Shown here piece by piece: positions 1-10,708 of a stretch of 64,000 nt of DNA (positions are counted from its first letter, which is position 1; every line of letters starts with the position of its first letter). The notes under the pieces were generated by a model that was not told the origin of the DNA, ran no database searches, and saw only the letters and a list, made by a program, of their open reading frames with translations. The stretch lies in assembly GCF_009914755.1 (NCBI RefSeq), contig NC_060948.1, one strand, 5' to 3'. The translations under genes were made by a program, and so were the position numbers. This stretch comes from the human T2T-CHM13v2.0 reference genome, Homo sapiens.

Positions 1-67
1 ATGGAATGGAATGTATTAGAATGTAATGAACTTTAATGGAATGTACTCGAATGGATTCGACTGGAAT

Positions 68-82
68 GGAATGTTCTGGAAG
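68..82. promoter_or_regulatory. Perfect 3-unit heat-shock element motif #1 (gGAAt-gTTCt-gGAAg), recurring in each unit
   Basis: Exact match to nGAAnnTTCnnGAAn. Function is inferred and cannot be shown from the sequence. Confidence 0.55.
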
Positions 83-347
83 TGAATGGACTCCAATGGA
101 ATGGATTCAAAAGGAATGGAATCGTACGGAATGGAATCTAATGGAATGGAATTAAATGGAAATGAATCAAATTGAATAGCACGGAATTGAATTGAATGGA
201 AAGGAATGCAATGGAATCTAATGAAACGGAAAGGAAAGGAATGGAATGGAATGGAATGGACTGGAATGGAAAGGAATCGAAACGAATGGAATGGAATCGA
301 ACTGAAGAGACTGGAATGGAATGCACTGGAATGGAAGGGAGTGTAAT

Positions 348-362
348 GGAAGGTTCTCGAAA
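348..362. promoter_or_regulatory. Perfect 3-unit heat-shock element motif #2 (gGAAg-gTTCt-cGAAa), recurring in each unit
   Basis: Exact match to nGAAnnTTCnnGAAn. Function is inferred. Confidence 0.55.
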
Positions 363-1388
363 AAAATGGAATCGAATGGAATGGAATTGAATGGAACGGA
401 ATAGAGTCGAATGGAATTGAATGGAATGGAATGGACTAGAGTGAAATGGAATCGAACCACAAGGAATGGACAGGAATAGAATGGTCTCGAATTGAATGGA
501 ATCGTATGGAATGGCATCAAACGGAATGGAATGGACAGCCACGGAATGGAATGCACTCGAATGCAATGGAGTCGAAACTAATGGACTGGAATAGAATGGA
601 CTCGACTGGTACGGACTCCAATGGAATGGAATCGAATGGAAGGGAATCGAACGGAAGGGAATCGAACGGAATGGACTCGAAGGGAAAAGACTGCAATGGA
701 AAGGTCTCGAATGGAATGGAAATTAATGGAATGGAATGGAATCGAATGAAATGGAGTCAAAAGGAATGGAATCGAATGGCAAGAAATCGAATGTAATGGA
801 ATCGCAAGGAATTGATGTGAACGGAACGGAATGGAATGGAATCCAAAGGAATGGAATAGAATGGAATGGAATCGAATGGAAAGGACTCCAATGGAAATCA
901 CTCGAATAGAATGCAATTTAATAAAATAGGATCAAATGTAATGGAATGGAATGGAAAGGAATCGAAACGAAAGGAATGGAGACAGATGGAATGGAATGGA
1001 ACAGAGAGCAATGGTATAGAATGGAATGGAATCATCTGGAATGGAATTGAATGGAATGGAATAATATGAAATGGAATGGAATGGAATGGAATGGAATGCC
1101 CTTGAATTAAATGGACTGGAATGGAATGGACTCAAACAGAGTGGAATGGAAAGTGTTGAGATAGAATGGAATGAACTTCTTTGGAATGGTCTAGTAGGCA
1201 ATGCAATCGACTGGCAGGGAATCAAAAGGAATGTAATCGAATAGATTGGACTGGAATGCAATGGACTCGAATAGATTGGAAACGGAATGCAAAGGAATGG
1301 AATGGAATAGTATGGAATGGAATGGAAAGGAATGGAGTGGAATAGACTAGAGTGGAATGGAATGGACTGGAAAGCAATGGACTGGAAT

Positions 1389-1403
1389 GGAACTTTCTTG
1401 AAT
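1389..1403. promoter_or_regulatory. Perfect 3-unit heat-shock element motif #3 (gGAAc-tTTCt-tGAAt), degraded in units 2, 3, 17 and 18
   Basis: Exact match to nGAAnnTTCnnGAAn. Function is inferred. Confidence 0.5.
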
Positions 1404-2850
1404 GGACTGGAATCAAACGGAATGGAATTCAATGCAATCAAATGGCATGGAATAAAATAGAATGAAAGAGAATCAAATGGAATTGAATCGAATGGAATCG
1501 AATGGATTGGAAAGGAATAGAATGGAATGGAATGGAATTGACTCAAATGGAATGGACTAGAATGGAATGGATTCGAATGGAAGGCAAAGGAATGGAATCT
1601 ATTGGAATGGACTGTAATGGAATGGAATGGAAGGGATTGGAATGGACTCGAATGGAATGGACTGCAATAGAAAGGATTCGAATGGAATGAAAAAGAATTG
1701 AATGGAATAGAACAGAATGGAATCTAATCGAATGAAATGGAATGGAATAGAAAGGAATGGGATGAAATGGAATGAAAAGGATTCGAATGGAATGCAATCG
1801 AATGGAATGGAATCGAACGGAATGGAATAAAATGGAAGAAAACTGGCAAGAAATGGAATCGAAATGAATGGAGTGTTATGGAACGGACTCAAAAGGAATT
1901 GAATGTAATAGAATGGAGTGGAGTGGACTCGAATATAATGGACTGGAATGGAATGAAATCACATGGAATGGGAACGAATGGAATGGAATGGAAAGGAATG
2001 GAATCGAATGGAAAGGAATCGAATGGAAGGGAATGAAATTGAATCAACAGGAATGGAAGGGAATAGAATAGACGGTAATGGAATGGACTCGAATAGAATG
2101 GACACGAATGCTCAAATTGAATGGACTCGAATGGAATGGAAACGAAAGGAATGTCATCGAATGGAATTGAATCGATTGGAATGAAATCGCATAGAATGGA
2201 GTGGAATCAAATGGAATTGAATCGAAAGGAAAGGAAGCGAATGGACTGAAATGAAATGGAATGGAATTGAATGGAAAGTAATGCAATGGAATAGAATGGA
2301 ACGAAATTTCACGGAATGGAATCAAACTGAATGGAATCAAATCAATGGAATCAAATCAAATGGAATGGAAAGGAATTGAATGGAGTAGATTGGATTGGAT
2401 GGGATTGGAATGAAATGTACTGGAAAGGACTCGAATTTCATGAAACGGAATGGAATGAATTGGAACGGAATGGACTCGAATGGAATGGAATGTCATGGAA
2501 TGGCATCAAATGGAATGGCATCAAATGGAATGGAATCGAATGCAATGGAATGCTATGGAATGGAATGGAATGCATTGGAATGGAATGTCCTCTAATGGAA
2601 TGGATTCGAGTGGAATGGAATCGAATATAATGGAGTCGAATGAAATGGAATTGAAAGGAATGGGATCGAATACAATGGAATATACTGGAATGTAATGTAA
2701 TGAACTCGAATGTAATTGACTGGAATGGAATGTAATCGAATGGAAAGTAATCCAATGGAATAGAATCTAATGCAATAAAATCGACTCAGATAGAGTAGAA
2801 TGTAATGGAATGGAGTGCAGTGCAATGGAATGGAATGGAATGGAATGCAA

Positions 2851-2910
2851 TGGAATGGAATGGAATGGAATGGAATGGAATGGAATGGAATGGAATGGAA
2901 TGGAATGGAA
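2851..2910 (+). repeat. Pure (TGGAA)12 tract, longest allele of the per-unit variable microsatellite
   Basis: 12 perfect pentamers between TGCAA and TGGGA. Homologous tracts in other units have 4-11. Confidence 0.9.
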
Positions 2911-3140
2911 TGGGATGGAATGGTATGGAATGGATAGTAATGGACTGGAATGAAATGGACTGGAAAAGAATGGACTCAAATTGAAAGGGCTCGAAAGGAA
3001 TGGAGTCAAATGGAATTGTCTGGAATGGAATGAACACGAATGTAATGCAATCCAATAGAATGGAATCGAATGGCATGGAATATAAAGAAATGGAATCGAA
3101 GAGAATGGAAACAAATGGAATGGAATTGAATGGAATGGAA

Positions 3141-3294
3141 TTGAATGGAATGGGAACGAATGGAGTGAAATTGTATGCAGTAGAAGAGAATAGAATGGAA
3201 TGCAAGCGAAAGGAAAGGAATGGATTGCAATGGAATGGAATTCATTGGAATGGAAGGGAATGTAGTGTAATGGACAGGCCTGGAATAAAGTGGA
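3141..3294 (+). other. Classic DYZ1 PCR sexing target (154 bp, contains the EcoRI and HaeIII/StuI sites), repeated in each unit
   Basis: TTGAATGGAATGGGAACGAATGG (3141-3163) and GGACAGGCCTGGAATAAAGTGGA (3272-3294) match the Y1.2 and Y1.1 (reverse complement) primers as I recall them. This was not checked against a database. Confidence 0.8.
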
Positions 3295-3596
3295 ATGCTA
3301 CGGTCTCGAATGGAATAAAAATGTATGGAATGGAATGCAATGAAACGGAATCGAATGTCATAGAATGTAATGGAATGCAAAAAAATGGACTCCAAAATCA
3401 TTGACTGGAAAGGCTGGGGGTCGAAAGGAATTGACTGCAATGGAATGGAATCGAATGGAATGGAAGTGAATAGAATCGAACTAAATCGAATGGAATGGAA
3501 TTGATAGGAACGGAATGGAAAGGAATGCAATGATTTGGCATGGAATGGAATCGAATGGCATCAAATGGAATGGAATGGAATGCAATGGAATGGAAT

Positions 3597-6500
3597 GTAT
3601 TAGAATGTAATGAACATTAATGGAATGTACTCGAATGGATTCGACTGGAATGGAATGTTCTGGAAGTGAATGGACTCCAATGGAATGGATTCGAAAGGAA
3701 TGGAATCGAACGGAATGGAATCTAATGGAATGGAATTAAATGGAAATGAATCAAATTGAATAGCACGGAATTGAATTGAATGGAATCGAATGCAATGGAA
3801 TCTAATGAAACGGAAAGGAAAGAATGGAATGGAATGGAATGGGCTGGAATGGAAAGGAATCGAAACGAATGGAATGGAATCGAACTGAAGAGACTGGAAT
3901 GGAATGCACTGGAATGGAAGGGAGTGTAATGGAAGGTTCTCGAAAAAAATGGAATCGAATGGAATGGAATTGAATGGAACGGAATAGAGTCGCATGGAAT
4001 TGAATGGAGTGGAATGGACTAGAGTGAAATGGAATCGAACGAAAAGGAATGGACAGGAATGGAATGGTCTCGAATTGAATGGAATCGTATGGAATGGCAT
4101 CAAACGGAATGGAATGGACAGCCACGGAATGGAATGCACTCGAATGCAATGGAGTCGAAACTAATGGACTGGAATAGAATGGACTCGACTGGTATGGACT
4201 CCAATGGAATGGAATCGAATGGAAGGGAATCGAACGGAATGGACTCGAAGGGAAAAGACTGCAATGGAAAGGTCTCGAATGGAATGGAAATTAATGGAAT
4301 GGAATGGAATCGAATGAAATGGAGTCAAAAGGAATGGAATCGAATGGCAAGAAATCGAATGTAATGGAATCGCAAGGAATTGATGTGAACGGAACGGAAT
4401 GGAATGGAATCCAAAGGAATGGAATAGAATGGAATGGAATCGAATGGAAAGGACTCGAATGGAAATCACTCGAATAGAATGAAATTTAATAAAATAGGAT
4501 CAAATGTAATAGAATGGAATGGAAAGGAATCGAAACGGAAGGAATGGAGACAGATGGAATGGAATGGAACAGAGAGCAATGGTATAGAATGGAATGGAAT
4601 CATCTGGAATGGAATTGAATGGAATGGAATAATATGAAATGGAATGGAATGGAATGGAATGGAATGGAATGCCCTTGAATTAAATGGACTGGACTCGAAC
4701 AGAGTGGAATGGAAAGTGTTGAGATAGAATGGAATGGACTCCTTTGGAATGGTGTAGTATGCAATGCAATCGACTGGCAGGGAATCAAAAGGAATGTAAT
4801 CGAATGGATTGGACTGGAATGCAATGGACTCGAATAGATTGGAAACGGAATGCAAAGGAATGGAATGGAATAGTATGGAATGCAATGGAAGGGAATGGAG
4901 TGGAATAGACTAGAGTGGAATGGAATGGACTGGAAAGCAATGGACTGGAATGGAACTTTCTTGGATGGACTGGAATCAAACGGAATGGAATGCAATGCAA
5001 TCAAATGGCATGGAATAAAATAGAATGAAAGAGAATCAAATGGAATTGAATCGAATGGAATCGAATGGATTGGAAAGGAATAGAATGGAATGGAATGGAA
5101 TTGACTCAAATGGAATGGACTAGAATGGAATGGATTCGAATGGAAGGCAAAGGAATGGAATCTATTGGAATGGACTGTAATGGAATGGAATGGAAGGGAT
5201 TGGAATGGACTCGAATGGAATGGACTGCAATAGAAAGGATTCGAATGGAATGAAAAAGAATTGAATGGAATAGAACAGAATGGAATCAAATCGAATGGAA
5301 TGGAATGGAATAGAAAGGAATGGAATGAAATGGAATGGAAAGGATTCGAATGGAATGCAATCGAATGGAATGGAATCGAACGGAATGGAATAAAATGGAA
5401 GAAAACTGGCAAGAAATGGAATCGAAATGAATGGAGTGTTATGGAATGGACTCAAAAGGAATTGAATGTAATAGAATGGAGTGGAGTGGACTCGAATATA
5501 ATGGACTGGAATGGAATGAAATCACATGGAATGGGAACGAATGGAATGGAATGGAAAGGAATGGAATCGAATGGAAAGGAATCGAATGGAAGGGAATGAA
5601 ATTGAATCAACAGGAATGGGAGGGAATAGAATAGACTGTAATGGAATGGACTCGAATAGAATGGACACGAATGCTCAAATTAAATTGACTCGAATGGAAT
5701 GGAAACGAAAGGAATGTCATCGAATGGAATTGAATCGATTGGAATGAAATCGCATAGAATGGAGTGGAATCAAATGGAATTGAATCGAAAGGAAAGGAAG
5801 CGAATGGACTGAAATGAAATGGAATGGAATTGAATGGAAAGTAATGCAATGGAATAGAATGGAACGAAATTTCACGGAATGGAATCAAACTGAATGGAAT
5901 CAAATCAATGGAATCAAATCAAATGGAATTGAAAGGAATTGAATGGAGTAGATGGGATAGGATGGGATTGGAATGAAATGTACTGGAAAGGACTCGAATT
6001 TCATGAAACAGAATGGAATGAATTGGAAAGGAATGGACTCGAATGGAATGGAATGTCATGGAATGGCATCAAATGGAATGGCATCAAATGGAATGGAATC
6101 GAATGCAATGGAATGCTGTGGAATGGAATGGAATGCATTGGAATGGAATGTCCTCTAATGGAATGGATTCGAGTGAAATGGAATTGAATATAATGGAGTC
6201 GAATGAAATGGAATTGAAAGGAATGGGATCGAATACAATGGAATATACTGGAATGTAACGTAATGAACTCGAATGTAATTGACTGGAATGGAATGTACAT
6301 GAATGGAATGTAATCGAATGGAAAGTAGTCCAATGGAATAGAATCTAATGCAATAAAATCGACTCAGATAGAGTAGAATGTAATGGAATGGAGTGCAGTG
6401 CAATGGAATGGAATGGAATGGAATGCAATGGAATGGAATGGAATGGAATGGAATGGAATGGAATGGGATGGAATGGTATGGAATGGATAGTAATGGACTG

Positions 6501-7149
6501 GAGTGAAATGGACTGGAAAGGAATGGACTCAAATTGAAAGGTCTCGAAAGGAATGGAGTCAAATGGAATGGTCTGGAATGGAATGAACACGAATGTAATG
6601 CAATCCAATAGAATGGAATCGAATGGCATGGAATATAAAGAAATGGAATCGAAGAGAATGGAAACAAATGGAATGAAATTGAATGGAATGGAATTGAATG
6701 GAATGTGAACGAATGGAGTGAAATTGTATGCAGTAGAAGAGAATAGAATGGAATGCAAGCGAAAGGAAAGGAATGGATTGGAATGGAATGGAATTCATTG
6801 GAATGGAAGGGAATGTAGTGTAATGGACAGGCCTGGAATAAAGTGGAATGTTACGGTCTCGAATGGAATAAAAATGTATGGAATGGAATGCAATGAAACG
6901 GAATCGAATGTCATAGAATGTAATGGAATGCAAAAAAATGGAATCCAAAATCATTGAATGGAAAGGCTGGGTGTCGAAAGGAATTGACTCCAATGGAATG
7001 GAATCGAATGGAATGGAAGTGAATAGAATCGAACTAAATCGAATGGAATGGAATTGATAGGAACGGAATGGAAAGGATTGCAATGATTTGGCATGGAATG
7101 GAATCGAATGGCATCGAATGGAATGGAATGGAATGCAATGGAATGGAAT
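3597..7149 (+). repeat. Unit 2 (3553 bp)
   Basis: Landmarks 3597/7150. Has a 1-bp deletion at ~3821, +5 at ~4650 and a 10-bp deletion at ~4690. Confidence 0.92.
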
Positions 7150-10100
7150 GTATTAGAATGTAATGAACTTTAATGGAATGTACTCGAATGGATTCGACTG
7201 GAATGGAATGTTCTGGAAGTGAATGGACTCCAATGGAATGGATTCAAAAGGAATGGAATCGTACGGAATGGAATCTAATGGAATGGAATTAAATGGAAAT
7301 GAATCAAATTGAATAGCACGGAATTGAATTGAATGGAATGGAATGCAATGGAATCTAATGAAACGGAAAGGAAAGGAATGGAATGGAATGGAATGGGCTG
7401 GAATGGAAAGGAATCGAAACGAATGGAATGGAATCGAAGTGAAGAGACTGGAATGGTATGCACTGGAATGGAAGGGAGTGTAATGGAAGGTTCTCGAAAA
7501 AAATGGAATCGAATGGAATGGAATTGAATGGAACGGAATAGAGTCGAATGGAATTGAATGGAATGGAATGGACTAGAGTGAAATGGAATCGAACCACAAG
7601 GAATGGACAGGAATAGAATGGTCTCGAATTGAATGGAATCGTATGGAATGGCATCAAACGGAATGGAATGGACAGCCACGGAATGGAATGCACTCGAATG
7701 CAATGGAGTCGAAACTAATGGACTGGAATAGAATGGACTCGACTGGTACGGACTCCAATGGAATGGAATCGAATGGAAGGGAATCGAACGTAATGGACTC
7801 GAAGGGAAAAGACTGCAATGGAAAGGTCTCGAATGGAATGGAAATTAATGGAATGGAATGGAATCGAATGAAATGGAGTCAAAAGGAATGGAATCGAATG
7901 GCAAGAAATCGAATGTAATGGAATCGCAAGGAATTGATGTGAACGGAACGGAATGGAATGGAATCCAAAGGAATGGAATAGAATGGAATGGAAACGAATG
8001 GAAAGGACTCCAATGGAAATCACTCGAATAGAATGCAATTTAATAAAATAGGATCAAATGTAATAGAATGGAACGGAAAGGAATCGAAACGGAAGGAATG
8101 GAGACAGATGGAATGGAATGGAACAGAGAGCAATGGTATAGAATGGAATGGAATCATCTGGAATGGAATTGAATGGAATGGAATGATATGAAATGGAATG
8201 GAATGGAATGGAATGGAATGCCCTTGAATTAAATGGACTGGACTCGAACAGAGTGGAATGGAAAGTGTTGAGATAGAATGGAATGGACTCCTTTGGAATG
8301 GTGTAGTATGCAATGCAATCGACTGGCAGGGAATCAAAAGGAATGTAATCGAATGGATTGGACTGGAATGCAATGGACTCGAATAGATTGGAAACGGAAT
8401 GCAAAGGAATGGAATGGAATAGTATGGAATGCAATGGAAGGGAATGGAGTGGAATAGACTAGAGTGGAATGGAATGGACTGGAAAGCAATGGAGTGGAAT
8501 GGAACTTTCTTGGATGGACTGGAATCAAACGGAATGGAATGCAATGCAATCAAATGGCATGGAATAAAATAGAATGAAAGAGAATCAAATGGAATTGAAT
8601 CGAATGGAATCGAATGGATTGGAAAGGAATAGAATGGAATGGAATGGAATTGACTCAAATGGAATGGACTAGAATGGAATGGATTCGAATGGAAGGCAAA
8701 GGAATGGAATCTATTGGAATGGACTGTAATGGAATGGAATGGAAGGGATTGGAATGGACTCGAATGGAATGGACTGCAATAGAAAGGATTCGAATGGAAT
8801 GAAAAAGTATTGAATGGAATAGAACAGAATGGAATCAAATCGAATGGAATGGAATGGAATAGAAAGGAATGGAATGAAATGGAATGGAAAGGATTCGAAT
8901 GGAATGCAATCGAATGGAATGGAATCGAACGGAATGGAATAAAATGGAAGAAAACTGGCAAGAAATGGAATCGAAATGAATGGAGTGTTATGGAACGGAC
9001 TCAAAAGGAATTGAATGTAATAGAATGGAGTGGAGTGGACTCGAATATAATGGACTGGAATGGAATGAAATCACATGGAATGGGAACGAATGGAATGGAA
9101 TGGAAAGGAATGGAATCGAATGGAAAGGAATCGAATGGAAGGGAATGAAATTGAATCAACAGGAATGGAAGGGAATAGAATAGACTGTAATGGAATGGAC
9201 TCGAATAGAATGGACACGAATGCTCAAATTAAATGGACTCGAATGGAATGGAAACGAAAGGAATGTCATCGAATGGAATTGAATCGATTGGAATGAAATC
9301 GCATAGAATGGAGTGGAATCAAATGGAATTGAATCGAAAGGAAAGGAAGCGAATGGACTGAAATGAAATGGAATGGAATTGAATGGAAAGTAATGCAATG
9401 GAATAGAATGGAACGAAATTTCACGGAATGGAATCAAACTGAATGGAATCAAATCAATGGAATCAAATCAAATGGAATGGAAAGGAATTGAATGGAGTAG
9501 ATGGGATTGGATGGGATTGGAATGAAATGTACTGGAAAGGACTCGAATTTCATGAAACGGAATGGAATGAATTGGAACGGAATGGACTCGAATGGAATGG
9601 AATGTCATGGAATGGCATCAAATGGAATGGCATCAAATGGAATGGAATCGAATGCAATGGAATGCTATGGAATGGAATGGAATGCATTGGAATGGAATGT
9701 CCTCTAATGGAATGGATTCGAGTGGAATGGAATTGAATGTAATGGAGTCGAATGAAATGGAATTGAAAGGAATGGGATCGAATACAATGGAATATACTGG
9801 AATGTAACGTAATGAACTCGAATGTAATTGACTGGAATGGAATGTACATGAATGGAATGTAATCGAATGGAAAGTAATCCAATGGAATAGAATCTAATGC
9901 AATAAAATCGACTCAGATAGAGTAGAATGTAATGGAATGGAGTGCAGTGCAATGGAATGGAATGGAATGGAATGCAATGGAATGGAATGGAATGGAATGG
10001 AATGGAATGGAATGGAATGGAATGGGATGGAATGGTATGGAATGGATAGTAATGGACTGGAATGAAATGGACTGGAAAAGAATGGACTCAAATTGAAAGG

Positions 10101-10708
10101 GCTCGAAAGGAATGGAGTCAAATGGAATGGTCTGGAATGGAATGAACACGAATGTAATGCAATCCAATAGAATGGAATCGAATGGCATGGAATATAAAGA
10201 AATGGAATCGAAGAGAATGGAAACAAATGGAATGGAATTGAATGGAATGGAATTGAATGGAATGGGAACGAATGGAGTGAAATTGTATGCAGTAGAAGAG
10301 AATAGAATGGAATGCAAGCGAAAGGAAAGGAATGGATTGGAATGGAATGGAATTCATTGGAATGGAAGGGAATGTAGTGTAATGGACAGGCCTGGAATAA
10401 AGTGGAATGCTACGGTCTCGAATGGAATAAAAATGTATGGAATGGAATGCAATGAAACGGAATCGAATGTCATAGAATGTAATGGAATGCAAAAAAATGG
10501 AATCCAAAATCATTGACTGGAAAGGCTGGGTGTCGAAAGGAATTGACTCCAATGGAATGGAATCGAATGGAATGGAAGTGAATAGAATCGAACTAAATCG
10601 AATGGAATGGAATTGATAGGAACGGAATGGAAAGGAATGCAATGATTTGGCATGGAATGGAATCGAATGGCATCGAATGGAATGGAATGGAATGCAATGG
10701 AATGGAAT
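7150..10708 (+). repeat. Unit 3 (3559 bp)
   Basis: Landmarks 7150/10709. Has a 10-bp deletion at ~8240. Confidence 0.92.

Larger units (their letters stand above)
13..3596 (+). repeat. Unit 1 (3584 bp)
   Basis: Landmark GTATTAG at 13, next at 3597. Has a 15-bp duplication (~641-670), a 15-bp deletion (~2730) and a 12-pentamer pure tract. Confidence 0.92.

Noticed and set aside
2432-2446. CGAATTTCATGAAAC as a further perfect HSE
   Set aside because: GAA-to-TTC spacing is one base rather than two, so only a two-unit nTTCnnGAAn is present.
915-3320. About six AATAAA hexamers per unit on + (e.g. ~920, ~1451, ~1826, ~2774, ~3284, ~3314)
   Set aside because: They arise easily from GAATGGA-type sequence and lack clear GU-rich downstream elements. 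No transcript boundary can be inferred without RNA data.
330-3360. Possible internal ~1.8 kb half-unit periodicity (recurring GGGAACGAATG, CACGAATG, ACTAGAGT, ATGTCAT)
   Set aside because: Spacings are inconsistent (~910, ~930, ~1180, ~1200 bp). A pentamer-masked self dot-plot would be needed to establish any ancestral sub-repeat.
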